This document shows positions 28,788 to 38,623 of a stretch of 64,000 nt of DNA, one piece after another; the first letter of the stretch is position 1; each line of letters starts with the position of its first letter. The notes below the pieces were generated by a model that was not told where the DNA came from, did no database searches, and saw only the letters and a program-made list of their open reading frames with translations. The stretch is from assembly GCA_963738405.1 (NCBI GenBank), contig CAVTWJ010000009.1, positions 224,001 to 288,000 of the forward strand, given 5' to 3'. The DNA comes from a candidate division FCPU426 bacterium (GTDB lineage: Bacteria; Oederibacteriota; Muellerivitia; Muellerivitales; Muellerivitaceae). The position numbers were made by a program, and so were the translations under genes.

Positions 28788-29093
28788 ATGAAAAAGCTTT
28801 TGAGCTGGGTGCTGGCGGTCGCGGTGGTTTTGGCGGTTCAATCGGTTCGGGCGGATTCCATCACGGGAAGTACGGCCATGACTTCTTCCACTCCCATGGC
28901 CACTCCGGTGATGAAGGCCAAGATGAAGAAGAAGGCCAAAAAACAGGCCATGAAAACGGTCTGGGTCTGCCCCATGGGGGACTATTCGGGTCCAAAGACA
29001 GCAAACGGCAAATGTCCCAATTGCCAAATGGATTTGGTGAAGAAGGAAGTCCCGGCGGACTCAACTACGTCGGCTCCAGCTAAAACGAACTAA
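28788..29093 (+). CDS. Small exported heavy-metal-binding protein
   Basis: GAGGAG RBS, signal peptide, WVCPM...GKCPNCQMDLV. Confidence 0.82.
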   Translation: MKKLLSWVLAVAVVLAVQSVRADSITGSTAMTSSTPMATPVMKAKMKKKAKKQAMKTVWVCPMGDYSGPKTANGKCPNCQMDLVKKEVPADSTTSAPAKTN

Positions 29094-29119
29094 ACCGGTC
29101 TTACCTTATTTGTTTCTTC

Positions 29120-29150
29120 AAGCGGCCCCTCAAAAGGGGCCGCTTTTTTT
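29120..29150 (+). terminator. Rho-independent terminator
   Basis: AGCGGCCCCT-CAAA-AGGGGCCGCT plus T run. Confidence 0.9.
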
Positions 29151-29333
29151 GTGGTTGAAGGATATAACAAGGTTTTCCGTAAGGTTAAACAGGAAAGGTT
29201 CAAAAGAATAAGCCCGTAATTTTTTTCGAATTTATGACTAAGCTCCTATCCTCTTTTTGCCCTTGCGGGTAAAAGACTTGAGGAAGAAACTCTTTGTAGT
29301 TCCGCAAAACGTGACGTTAAAAGAGGGATAGGA

Positions 29334-31529
29334 ATGCTCGACAAAGACCAGGTCAAAACCGCCTCCATCCTCGTGCGGGATTTGCGGATCGCCTTCTCCA
29401 ACTTTTTCCTTTACGCGTCTGAAAACGCCATGGTGAAGCAGTCCCTGGAAAGGCTCTTGGCTTCCCTGGCGGAATTGTTCAAGACCCTTCCGGCCGTCTC
29501 CTTGGGCGAATCCGAAGGACGACTCGTGGTGGAAGGCACCGCGCTCGATGAGAAGTCCACCGGCTCCACCAACATGATCAGAGACCTTTTCCTGACCCAC
29601 AAGATCCACAGCATGACCTTTTTGCCGGGCCTCCAGCTTCCCGAACTGCAGAAATTTCTCGAACTCATGAAGCCCCGGGCCCTGGCCGAAAACCAGACCC
29701 TCTATTCGGCCGCTGAGGCCCAGGGCATCGTGAACGTCAAGGTCAACGAAAAGATGTTCGTGGCCGTCAAGGAAGGGGAGCATGTCGTGGCCGACGGGGA
29801 GGGGATCGAGGGTCTGCAAGGCGAGGAAAATTTCCATGAGGCTCTGGAAGCCCTGCAATATTTTCTTCAAATTTTCGCCAGGGTCCGGCCGGACGCCAAC
29901 AAAAAGGAAGTGGCCCGGAAAATGATGGATCAAATGGGCGGATTATTAACCGCGGAAGATTTCAAGGAGGTGGGGGTCAACCTGCCATCGTTCGCGCCCA
30001 CCGCTGAAGCCCAGGGGAACTGGAACCAAATCCTCTCGGCCTTCCTGGCCATGAAAAACAATCTGGCCTCGGCGAAGGCGCCGGAACAATTGGCGTCGGT
30101 GCAAATGTCCATGGATGACATCCTTAAAAAGCTAGTGATGTTGGGCGAAAGCCAGGGCCTGGGCGGGGGAACGGGGGACAGCTCCGGCATGGACGTGAGC
30201 GGGGTGGACCCCATGGAAGAACGGTTCACTCTCTTTGAGACCGACCCGGTCTTGAGCGCCCTGGACGAGGGCGACCTTTCACCTTTGTCTTCCGCCGCCC
30301 AAGAGGGGGCGGTGGCCCAGCGGATCACCCGGCTTCAGGAGGCGGGGGAGGAAGAACGGTTCACGAAATTGTGGGACGGCCTTTGGCTTTCGGCCCTCAG
30401 CCAACCGGGCGAGGCGCGGGTCGTGTCCCTACGCCATTTGCAAAGGCTGGATTGGGATAAACTCAAACGGGCCTTTCAAAAGGCGGGCATCCAAAAACTG
30501 CGGGAACTTTTCGCGACCGGCCAAACCCCCGAGTCCTTTCCCCTGGTGATGGCCCTTTACCAGAACTGGGTGGGCCGGGAACTCGCCAACCCGGACTGGC
30601 CCGAATTGATTTTGGGGGTTTCAGCCCTCAAGGGCATCGCCTTCCGGGCCGAGGAAGAATTCACGAACCAGGCCGCCCAGGCCCGGAACGCTTTGGAAAC
30701 GCTTTTTTCAAGAAATACCCTGGACCGGCTGGACGCCCTGGAAGTTTCCCCGGACAAGGAAACGGAAACCAGGGAAAGGCTTTTCGTGACGCTGGATTTT
30801 TTAACGGGGCCCTTCTTTATTCAAAGGGCCATGGACAGCGCGGCGGATTCACCCGCTTTCAAAAGGGCTTTTACCCGTCTGGACCGCTTTCAAACACTCC
30901 AGGTGCCGGTTTTGGAACGCTGGTTCCAGGCCGGGGCGCCTCCGGATCGGATCCGGTTGTTTTTGGAACTGCTCAAAAAAATTCCGCCTTCCGCGGCCCT
31001 CTTTGCCCTTTTCCAGAAAAACTGGGAAGGCTTTTCCCCCGAGCAAAAAATCCAGATTCTCGAGGTGGTGGAACGCTGGCATTGGTCCGATTTCCGCCCC
31101 CGGCTCATCGAACTGGTGGGCGCCCAGGACAAAAAGCTGTCCACTCCCGCCCTGAAAACTCTGAGTAAGGTGGGCGTGGAGGGCGATTCTTTCGTCATCG
31201 TGGAAGCCATCAAGGCCTATGGGGCGGAATCACCCGCCAAGGAAGAATTTTGGGTGGAAGCCTGCCGGGTACTGGGGGAAATGGCCGAGGCCTATACCAT
31301 CAACCTGTTGGTGGAATGGGCGGACGGCTACAAGTTTCTCGAGAAAAAAGGCGAGCGGCCCATGGCCGTGCGCGAGGCGGCGGTTGCGGCCCTGGGCCAT
31401 TTCCGGTCCCAGTATGTTTTGAAGTTCCTCATGAAATTGGAAAAGGACGGTGAAAAGGAACTGCGCCCCGCCGTTGAAACCGCCCTGAAATCCGTGCAAG
31501 AAAAATTGTCCGAGGAAACCTCCGCTTAA
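29334..31529 (+). CDS. Large helical protein with C-terminal HEAT-like repeats
   Basis: ALKTLSKVG, ACRVLGEM, VREAAVAALGHF repeats; 731 aa with RBS. Confidence 0.75.
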   Translation: MLDKDQVKTASILVRDLRIAFSNFFLYASENAMVKQSLERLLASLAELFKTLPAVSLGESEGRLVVEGTALDEKSTGSTNMIRDLFLTHKIHSMTFLPGLQLPELQKFLELMKPRALAENQTLYSAAEAQGIVNVKVNEKMFVAVKEGEHVVADGEGIEGLQGEENFHEALEALQYFLQIFARVRPDANKKEVARKMMDQMGGLLTAEDFKEVGVNLPSFAPTAEAQGNWNQILSAFLAMKNNLASAKAPEQLASVQMSMDDILKKLVMLGESQGLGGGTGDSSGMDVSGVDPMEERFTLFETDPVLSALDEGDLSPLSSAAQEGAVAQRITRLQEAGEEERFTKLWDGLWLSALSQPGEARVVSLRHLQRLDWDKLKRAFQKAGIQKLRELFATGQTPESFPLVMALYQNWVGRELANPDWPELILGVSALKGIAFRAEEEFTNQAAQARNALETLFSRNTLDRLDALEVSPDKETETRERLFVTLDFLTGPFFIQRAMDSAADSPAFKRAFTRLDRFQTLQVPVLERWFQAGAPPDRIRLFLELLKKIPPSAALFALFQKNWEGFSPEQKIQILEVVERWHWSDFRPRLIELVGAQDKKLSTPALKTLSKVGVEGDSFVIVEAIKAYGAESPAKEEFWVEACRVLGEMAEAYTINLLVEWADGYKFLEKKGERPMAVREAAVAALGHFRSQYVLKFLMKLEKDGEKELRPAVETALKSVQEKLSEETSA

Positions 31530-31683
31530 AAATATCCGCCGGTTCGCCGATGGGTCCAAGAATTTTCAAAAGACCTTTATTTAACGTTACTTAAATGGAT
31601 TATTTTTCTCGAAATGATAGCCCTTGAGGAATATAAAGCTTCGGGCCTTGGGGAGAGGCGTAAACAATTGAAGGAGGTTGGAT

Positions 31684-31869
31684 ATGGATTGCAGGACAGT
31701 ATTCCTTCAGTTTAGGGATTACCAAAAGGGTTCTCTGGACAAGAGCCAGATGATTTGGGTGAAGGACCATATCCGAAAATGCCCCGACTGTTACCTCTTG
31801 GACGTTGAAAACCGGAAGGAATACATGAGCCATTGGTCCTTCCTTCGGGAAACAAACGTCACGGCCTAA
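31684..31869 (+). CDS. Stand-alone zf-HC2 (ZAS anti-sigma-like) zinc finger protein
   Basis: AGGAGG RBS; MDC...Y..G.L......V..HIRKCPDC (HxxxCxxC). Confidence 0.8.
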   Translation: MDCRTVFLQFRDYQKGSLDKSQMIWVKDHIRKCPDCYLLDVENRKEYMSHWSFLRETNVTA

Positions 31870-31889
31870 GATTCCGCATCTCCTCTTTT

Positions 31890-32609
31890 TTATTTCAATC
31901 GAACCTTTAAGGCCTTATTCAAGCGCGCCCCCTTGAGGTTGACCTGGGCTACGTAAGCTTTTAAATAAACGTTTTTCTTCGCCGCCTGGCGCAGGGTTTT
32001 TGCGAAAAGCGGGTCCGTATCTTCCTTCGGCCCCACCGCCTCACCCAGCGGGTTTTGAACCACAAAGAAAACAAAAGCTTTTGTCTTGGGTTTGCGGGCA
32101 AGAACCATCAGTTCCCTTAAGTGCTTGGAAGCCCTTTCCGATGGCGCGTCGGGGAAGCGGGCGGTTCCGTCCTTTTCTACCAGGGTCACGCATTTCACCT
32201 CCACCCAAGCCGTTTCTCCCGTGGTGGTGTTTGTTCCCCTAAAATCAGAGCGGGTGTGGGCGTTCAGGGGCACCTCGGCCTTTAGCTCGGTGTAGGCCTT
32301 CAACTCCGGAACCTTTCCCTTCTCCCAGGCTTCCTTTAACAAGCGGGGGGCGATATTGGCTTCGATGCAAACCCACTTGCCCCTGTAATGGGCGAGCCGG
32401 ATGGCATAGCGGGTCTTTCGTTGGGTGGTGCCTGGCGGGCCGTGGTCCACCAGGGCCACCCTCGCCCCCGGATAGAGCAATTCCTTTAAGCGCCCCGAAT
32501 TAGTGACATGACAGTATTCCTGCCGTCCCTTGACCTGAATATGGGCCCCGAAGCGGTGAAGCCGTTCCAGGAAAAGCCCTTCCACCAATCGTTTTTCCGG
32601 CCAGCGCAT
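31890..32609 (-). CDS. sfsA: SfsA family DNA/RNA nuclease-like protein
   Basis: HVTNSGRLKELL, RSDF, VEVKCVTL, FPDAPSERASKHLREL. Confidence 0.93.
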   Translation of the reverse strand: MRWPEKRLVEGLFLERLHRFGAHIQVKGRQEYCHVTNSGRLKELLYPGARVALVDHGPPGTTQRKTRYAIRLAHYRGKWVCIEANIAPRLLKEAWEKGKVPELKAYTELKAEVPLNAHTRSDFRGTNTTTGETAWVEVKCVTLVEKDGTARFPDAPSERASKHLRELMVLARKPKTKAFVFFVVQNPLGEAVGPKEDTDPLFAKTLRQAAKKNVYLKAYVAQVNLKGARLNKALKVRLK

Positions 32610-32707
32610 GGTGAATCCCTGTCCATTACTTGAAAGTTTGAAAATTACCCGCTTTTCTCCAAGCTGGGGTATCCTTCTGCTAAACTAAATAAGCCTTCAT
32701 TTTTATC

Positions 32708-33691
32708 GTGAAAAGAAAACCAATGCCTACAAAAACCCTCCTGAAAGCCTTTATTGTTCTTTTCTTATCCTTTGGTATCGCGGGCCGGGCCTTTTCAACG
32801 ACGACCATTCAGGATTTCGATTCGAACGGCCAAACGGACCTGCAAAGCATCTCGGATTTCCTCAACAGCCAATTCACCAAAAGCATGGGCTTTTATAGCA
32901 CCTTGGGATGGAATAATCCCCCGGGAGTCTACGACCTGGTGGCCGGTCCCCATTTTGAGATTGGAGTGGGTGTCGGGGCGGACCTGATCCAGGTGACAAG
33001 CTTGAATAACCTGAACCTTCAGGCACTGGCGGGGTCGGCCAACGTGAACCTGCCGGGGGTCTTGCCCGCTCCCTTTCCCGCCGCTACCCTTCGAGTCGGT
33101 TTGGCGAATGGTTTGGATATCGGGTTAAAGCTTCTTTACCTTCCGGAAATTGATTTGTCCGACATCGGTTTTTCGGGGAACTATACGGGATTCGGGGTCG
33201 ACTTCCGCTACCGCATTCTGGAAGGGGCCCAACTGCCCACCCTGACCGTCGGGGTGAGCTGGGACGAAATGCAGGGAAGCATCGGTTTGAATACCACCGT
33301 CAACCAAAGCTCCAGTTACACCGATTCGGGAACCACCTACAGCGCCTCGGTTTCGGGTACCACCAGCTACGCCCTCAATTGGAACGTCCACAGCTTCGGG
33401 GCCAAAGTGGTATTGGGAAAAGACCTGATGGTGGTTTACCCCTTCATCGGGGTGGGGTTCCAGCGTAATTCGGGAAGCGTGGTTTCCACCATCAATCCCC
33501 AATTAGTTACCAACGTTAATGGCGGCAACGGTGCTATCAATACCGTGGTGGTCTCCAACGGCGCTCCCGTGGTTTTCGAGCCCAAGTACGTGGCCGGGTT
33601 GGATTTTGGCCAGGGCCTCCATTGGGCGCTGGTGGGTGAATCCAACGGCTCGGACATTGGGGTCAGCACCAGTTTCCGAATCCAATTTTGA
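32708..33691 (+). CDS. Putative outer-membrane beta-barrel protein
   Basis: Signal peptide, amphipathic beta strands, C-terminal FRIQF. Confidence 0.65.
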   Translation: MKRKPMPTKTLLKAFIVLFLSFGIAGRAFSTTTIQDFDSNGQTDLQSISDFLNSQFTKSMGFYSTLGWNNPPGVYDLVAGPHFEIGVGVGADLIQVTSLNNLNLQALAGSANVNLPGVLPAPFPAATLRVGLANGLDIGLKLLYLPEIDLSDIGFSGNYTGFGVDFRYRILEGAQLPTLTVGVSWDEMQGSIGLNTTVNQSSSYTDSGTTYSASVSGTTSYALNWNVHSFGAKVVLGKDLMVVYPFIGVGFQRNSGSVVSTINPQLVTNVNGGNGAINTVVVSNGAPVVFEPKYVAGLDFGQGLHWALVGESNGSDIGVSTSFRIQF

Positions 33692-33698
33692 GCGTGCC

Positions 33699-33908
33699 AT
33701 GCCCGGCGTAAAGAAAATCAATCCTATCTCCTATGTGGACGCGAAAGAATGCACGGGCTGCGAGGCCTGCGTTGTTTCCGTGCCCAAAGTATTCCGCATG
33801 ACCGTGGACGGCGTCGCCGAGGTGTTCGACCCCCAGGGGGACAAGAAAGAATCGATCCAAGAGGCGATGGATGGTTGTCCCGTTTCCTGCATCCACTGGA
33901 AGAAATAA
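33699..33908 (+). CDS. fdx: Monocluster [4Fe-4S] ferredoxin
   Basis: CTGCEAC...CPVSCI; ATG 33699. Confidence 0.88.
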   Translation: MPGVKKINPISYVDAKECTGCEACVVSVPKVFRMTVDGVAEVFDPQGDKKESIQEAMDGCPVSCIHWKK

Positions 33909-33918
33909 GGGGTCGCGG

Positions 33919-34377
33919 ATGGAAATGAAATCGGGTTGGATGGAAAAACGCCAGTCCGAACGCGTGGACGCTACTGTTAAGGTGACCTACATCGCCATCC
34001 AAAAGCATGAATTGGTCACGGCCCTGGCCGACCCGGCTTACCGCGAATCCACCGTGGACCACCTGCCTGAGCTTTCCAAGCGATCTGCCACCATGCACGC
34101 TGTCACGAGGGACCTTTCCATTAGCGGCATGTCCCTGGTGGGCCAGGAAAATTTTCCAGAGGATTGCGCCCTGCAGATCCAGCTTTACCTGCCGGGCCAG
34201 CCCATCCCCCTGAATCTTTTGGCCGAGGTGGTGCGGGCCGTCCAGGAATCCAACAGCTCGACCGGGGCCACCTTCCGCGCAGGCCTTAAGATACTCGCCC
34301 TCAATAAGCAGGATGTGGCGAAACTGGATAGGTTTTTGCTTGCGGAAAAGATCCGCCTTCGAAATGCCGGAAAGTAA
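33919..34377 (+). CDS. PilZ domain protein (c-di-GMP receptor candidate)
   Basis: RQSER (RxxxR) and DLSISG (DxSxxG). Confidence 0.85.
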   Translation: MEMKSGWMEKRQSERVDATVKVTYIAIQKHELVTALADPAYRESTVDHLPELSKRSATMHAVTRDLSISGMSLVGQENFPEDCALQIQLYLPGQPIPLNLLAEVVRAVQESNSSTGATFRAGLKILALNKQDVAKLDRFLLAEKIRLRNAGK

Positions 34378-35236
34378 ACTCGCCGTCCTCACCAGCCTCA
34401 AGGCCGCTGAATACCACACGCCCGGACACCCCGAGCATCCCAACCGCATTCTCTACAGCATGAACCACCTTCAAAAAATCATCGCGCCCGATTTGTTTAT
34501 AGAACCTTCTCCCATTTCGTTGGCTGATGTGGAGGCGGTGCATGGCAAAGCCCAAGTGAAGCTGGTGCAAAGCGGGCGATCGGCGGACCCGGACACTCCC
34601 GGTGGAAAAGGCGTTTACGATGCCAGCCTGTTATCGGCCGGGGCGGCCTACCAAGCGGCGGGATTAGCTTTAAAGGGCCGAATTCCCTTTTCACTCATGC
34701 GGCCTCCCGGTCATCACGCCACGCCGGAAAAATCGATGGGCTTCTGTTATTTCAATTCCATGGCCATCGCCTTGAACAGGCTCTTGGCCGAAGGAACCAT
34801 CAGAAGGGCCGCGGTTTTGGATCTGGACTGCCACCACGGCAACGGCACCGAGGCCTTTTGCCTGGAGAAGGACCCCTATCTCTTCGTCTCCCTGCACCAG
34901 TACCCCTGCTATCCCGGCACGGGCGTGGAAAGCCGGGACAACTGTCGCAACTACCCGCTGGCCCCCCAGACTCGGGAAGGGGTATTTTTTCACGCGATGG
35001 AAAAAGCCATGGAAGAAGTACGAATTTTCAAACCGGACCTGGTGGGGGTTTCTATGGGTTTCGATACTTACGAGCAGGACCCCCTGACCGATTTCGGCCT
35101 GGTGCAAAAGGATTATTACGCCATGGGAAAAGCCGTGACCGCCATGGGATTTCCCGTTTTCTCTCTATTAGAAGGGGGCTATCATCGGGATATGCCGTTG
35201 CTGATTGAGGAGTATTTAGCGGGTTTAACCGCCTGA
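34364..35236 (+). CDS. Histone deacetylase family (Zn-dependent) amidohydrolase
   Basis: HPEHPNR, RPPGHHA, GFCYFN, DLDCHHGNGT, SLHQYP.YPGTG, LEGGY. Confidence 0.94.
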   Translation: MPESKLAVLTSLKAAEYHTPGHPEHPNRILYSMNHLQKIIAPDLFIEPSPISLADVEAVHGKAQVKLVQSGRSADPDTPGGKGVYDASLLSAGAAYQAAGLALKGRIPFSLMRPPGHHATPEKSMGFCYFNSMAIALNRLLAEGTIRRAAVLDLDCHHGNGTEAFCLEKDPYLFVSLHQYPCYPGTGVESRDNCRNYPLAPQTREGVFFHAMEKAMEEVRIFKPDLVGVSMGFDTYEQDPLTDFGLVQKDYYAMGKAVTAMGFPVFSLLEGGYHRDMPLLIEEYLAGLTA

Positions 35237-35243
35237 AATTTTC

Positions 35244-35333
35244 ACCACCAAGACACCAAGAACTGAGTTAGACAAGTTTTTGAAAATGGTGTAAATCCAA
35301 ATCTTTTTTTGTTTTTCTTGGTGTCTTGGTGGT
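35244..35333. repeat. REP-like inverted repeat built from CACCAAGA octamers
   Basis: Perfect 19-bp arms ACCACCAAGACACCAAGAA / TTCTTGGTGTCTTGGTGGT, 52-nt spacer. Confidence 0.85.
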
Positions 35334-35354
35334 TAGATTGGTTTGAGGTGTTAT

Positions 35355-36125
35355 TTGCGAAACCCCATCATCACTTTACTTACCGACTTTGGAACCAAAG
35401 ACCCCTATGTGGGCATCATGAAAGGCGTCATTCTCGGCATCTGTCCCCACGCCCATTTGGTGGATTTAAGTCATGAGGTCCCGCCCCAAGCCATTCTTAC
35501 CGGTTCTTTTCTTCTTCAGTCCGCCATCGATTATTTTCCTAAGGGCACGATCCATCTGGCAGTTGTGGACCCGGGCGTGGGAAGCCGTCGAAAGACGGTG
35601 GCCTTTAAGTCGCAGGGACAATATTTCGTGGGGCCGGATAATGGGTTGATTCCCGCGGCCTTGAAGGGCTGGAAAATCGAACAGGCGGTCGAATTAACCA
35701 ATAAAAAATACCAGCTTCCCAATGCCAGTTCTACCTTTCATGGGCGGGATGTCTTCGCCCCCGCGGCGGCCTATTTGGCCAAAGGCGTGCCCATGGTCAA
35801 GCTAGGCAAGAAAACCAATAACTGGGTATGGGGTGAAATCCCTAAGCCCTTCAAAACAGCTAAGGGATGGACGGGTCAGGTGATGTGGATGGATCGTTTC
35901 GGTAATTTGATAACGAACCTTGAGAAAAAGCATTTGCCGCATCCTTTTCGACTAAGGGTTGGAAAGACGGTTATTTTGAGTTTTATTAATCATTACGTTG
36001 AGGCCAAAAAGGGAACGGTGGCAGGTCTCATCGGTTCTTCGGGAAAGTTGGAAATTTCTGTGAACAGCGGGAGCGCCGCCCAGAAACTGGGGGTTGGGAT
36101 TGGGGCTTCAGTGGTGTTTTGTTAA
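35355..36125 (+). CDS. SAM hydroxide adenosyltransferase / chlorinase-fluorinase family (DUF62)
   Basis: TLLTDFG..DPYVG.MKGV, VVDPGVGS.R, GPDNG, TFHGRDVFAP, DRFGNLITN. Confidence 0.94.
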   Translation: MRNPIITLLTDFGTKDPYVGIMKGVILGICPHAHLVDLSHEVPPQAILTGSFLLQSAIDYFPKGTIHLAVVDPGVGSRRKTVAFKSQGQYFVGPDNGLIPAALKGWKIEQAVELTNKKYQLPNASSTFHGRDVFAPAAAYLAKGVPMVKLGKKTNNWVWGEIPKPFKTAKGWTGQVMWMDRFGNLITNLEKKHLPHPFRLRVGKTVILSFINHYVEAKKGTVAGLIGSSGKLEISVNSGSAAQKLGVGIGASVVFC

Positions 36126-36161
36126 GAAAATAAATCATTCTAGCCCAACCTGGGGAATTTT

Positions 36162-36911
36162 TTGAAGACTCAATCCAAACAAACCTTTTCAGATGGCGGA
36201 GAATTATTTCACTTTGGCGATGGAAGTGAAAAGACGCGTATTTTCTTTTTGGAACGAGATGATTCTTTTCGAGATAAGGAACTCATTGAATATTTAAAAG
36301 AACTCTTTATCGACAAGGAGTTCTCTGTTTCGATTTTTTACCCGCCCAATGCGGCCTTTAAACGCAAAATCGATCCCGATTTTAAGTTGAGGAATAGGCC
36401 GGGAACGCCCTGGAGATTCCTAATGACACTTTCCTTAATCTTTCAGCCGATATATTGGAAATATTTTATTGATTCCCACATCAAAAGAATGGGAACCATC
36501 GAATATCAGGCTCAAAGTTTTGTTAAAGCCTTTCATTCCTTATCCCCCTTGCCGACTTTCATCCTGGGCCGTTCTAGTGGAGCCAGGATTGCCACCCTGG
36601 TCGCGGATCAGCTTGCGGTGGCAGGGCTCATTTGCATCGGCTATCCATTTAGAAATCCAGATGGCGGGGATGAGCCAGCAAGATACCGTCATTTGGAATC
36701 GCTTAAGACACCTTGTCTTCTCCTTCAGGGAGAAAAAGACCCATATGGCGGGTTGGGACTCAATGAAAAGTACAAGTTATCCGAATCTATTTCTTTAAAA
36801 TTTATGAATGTTGATCACGATTTTATTTTGACGGAGGAAGCCAGGATTGAATTTACAGAAATAGTGGACCGCTTTATTCGTGAAAAATTGCCAAAACCGG
36901 GGGTTGGTTAG
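36162..36911 (+). CDS. Alpha/beta hydrolase (KANL3/Tex30-like)
   Basis: GRSSGAR nucleophile elbow, IGYPF, LQGEKDPYG, DHDF. Confidence 0.8.
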   Translation: MKTQSKQTFSDGGELFHFGDGSEKTRIFFLERDDSFRDKELIEYLKELFIDKEFSVSIFYPPNAAFKRKIDPDFKLRNRPGTPWRFLMTLSLIFQPIYWKYFIDSHIKRMGTIEYQAQSFVKAFHSLSPLPTFILGRSSGARIATLVADQLAVAGLICIGYPFRNPDGGDEPARYRHLESLKTPCLLLQGEKDPYGGLGLNEKYKLSESISLKFMNVDHDFILTEEARIEFTEIVDRFIREKLPKPGVG

Positions 36912-36922
36912 TTTTTCTTCAA

Positions 36923-37726
36923 CTAGTTCTCAACCCACTTATTTTCATCTGGCCCGGCCCAAAGAAGTTTGTGCATCTTCGGGTGGATTTTTCCGTTACT
37001 GGCTAAAGCGTTTTGAGCCAGAAGGTCATAGGGCTTCCCTGAAATATCTGTCACCTTGCCGCCAGCCTCCCTTATCAACAAAACTCCCGCCGCCATGTCC
37101 CATGCCTGGATGCCTCGCTCCCAAAAGCCCTCAAACCGCCCAGCCGCTACATAGGCCAGGTTCATGGCCGCCGAGCCATCCCGCCTAACGCCCTGGCTAT
37201 TCAAGACGAAATTTTTAAAATTCTCGAAGTTATAAAAGGTTTCTTTGACCCCATAGGCAAAGCCGGTGCTTAAGAGGCTTTTCGAGAGGGAAGAGGTGGA
37301 AGAAACCTTGATTCGCTTACCGTTTAGGAAGGCGCCCTTGCCCTTTTCGGCTGTAAAGCATTCGTTATTCATGGCGTCGTAAATGACAGCGGATATCGGT
37401 TCTTTTCCTTTAAGTAAGGCGATGGAAACGCAGAAAAAGGGATAGGCATGGGCGAAATTGGTGGTGCCATCCAAAGGATCAACGATCCAAGTGAATTCCG
37501 AATCGCCTGCAAGTTGGCCGCTTTCCTCGCCCCAGAAATTAAAAGCAGGGAAGCGATTGTGCAAAACTGATTGGATCTTTTTCTCGCAAGCTTTATCCAC
37601 CTGGGTGACCAGGTTCAGGGAATTTTCTTTTTTGATTTCTACTTTCAGGGTTTTGCCGTAAAAACGGCGGTGTATTTTCCCTGCGGCTTTCGCGGCTTCA
37701 ATCGCGGCTTTTAACACGGCGCTCAT
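36923..37726 (-). CDS. suhB: Inositol monophosphatase
   Basis: GEE, WIVDPLDGTTNF, RRDGSAA, WDMAAG. Confidence 0.93.
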   Translation of the reverse strand: MSAVLKAAIEAAKAAGKIHRRFYGKTLKVEIKKENSLNLVTQVDKACEKKIQSVLHNRFPAFNFWGEESGQLAGDSEFTWIVDPLDGTTNFAHAYPFFCVSIALLKGKEPISAVIYDAMNNECFTAEKGKGAFLNGKRIKVSSTSSLSKSLLSTGFAYGVKETFYNFENFKNFVLNSQGVRRDGSAAMNLAYVAAGRFEGFWERGIQAWDMAAGVLLIREAGGKVTDISGKPYDLLAQNALASNGKIHPKMHKLLWAGPDENKWVEN

Positions 37727-37869
37727 TTAGGAATCCTTTCGATTTTTGGCAAGGGGTTGGATTTTAGCAACCTTGTCACGGGCCGTCCATGAGGCCCCTT
37801 GACGGGGAAAAGGACCGTTCCTATTTGTACCGTTAGAAATGGAATTCAAATTGTTTCGGAGGTAGCACC

Positions 37870-38331
37870 ATGGATTTACACCAGCTTTCACGCCGAGCCA
37901 ACAGCGGCAACCGCCCTTGGGTGGATTCTCTCGACCAGCTTTTCGAGAGGGTGTTTCAGGACCGTTTTGACAGCGAATGGAAGGGCCTGGGCCCCCATTG
38001 GGTTCCCGCGGTGGATGTGGAGGAAACCGAGAACGAATATCTTTTCAAGGCGGAAATGCCTGGCTTGAAAAAAGAAGACGTCAAGATTTCCCTGTTGGAC
38101 AACGTTCTGACCCTGACGGGTGAAAAGAAAACCGAGGAAAAAAAGACCGATAAGGAAAAGAAATATCACCGTGTGGAAAGGTCCTACGGGTCTTTCCAAC
38201 GGAGTTTCGCCCTTTCATCGCCGATCCAGGGGGATAAGATTTCTGCCTCCTACAGGGATGGGATACTAGAAATCGTTGTTCCCAAGAGCGAGGAATCCAA
38301 ACCGAAGGAAATTGATATCAAGGTCAATTAA
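37870..38331 (+). CDS. Small heat shock protein Hsp20
   Basis: PAVDV.E, AEMPG, LTLTGEK, ERSYGSFQRSF, YRDGILEI.VPK. Confidence 0.95.
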   Translation: MDLHQLSRRANSGNRPWVDSLDQLFERVFQDRFDSEWKGLGPHWVPAVDVEETENEYLFKAEMPGLKKEDVKISLLDNVLTLTGEKKTEEKKTDKEKKYHRVERSYGSFQRSFALSSPIQGDKISASYRDGILEIVVPKSEESKPKEIDIKVN

Positions 38332-38372
38332 TCGGTCTGGTAGCGCCAATTCTTTTGTTAATTTGAGTTTTT

Positions 38373-38404
38373 AAAAAGCCCGGGAGCGGATTCCGGGCTT
38401 TTTT
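38373..38404 (+). terminator. Rho-independent terminator
   Basis: AAAAAGCCCGG-loop-CCGGGCTTTTTT. Confidence 0.88.
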
Positions 38405-38488
38405 ATTTTGTGTAGAGCATTAAAGGCAGCCGTCTTTGTTTTCGGGTATAATCATTAGGTTCTGATTTACACCTTCCACCCTCGCATA

Positions 38489-38603
38489 TGAAAGCGGTTT
38501 TCCAAAGGGCGGATGAATCTCAAAATTTGTGAAAGCGCGTGAAAGCCTTAAACAAGCTTTAAACCCGGATGAATCTTTTCTGACGTTCAGGAAAAAGCGC
38601 TTT
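38489..38603. promoter_or_regulatory. Cluster of LacI-type operator-like sites
   Basis: TGAAAGCGGTTTTCC (38489), TGAAAGCGCG (38530), AAAGCGCTTT (38594), each with the central CG. Confidence 0.55.
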
Positions 38604-38623
38604 GAAAGAAAAACGGAGAATTC

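Noticed and set aside
35355..36125. Fluorinase/chlorinase natural-product interpretation
   Set aside because: Most DUF62 members are SAM hydrolases and no biosynthetic cluster surrounds the gene
37764..37790. TTAGCAACC as a CIRCE upstream of hsp20
   Set aside because: No matching right half
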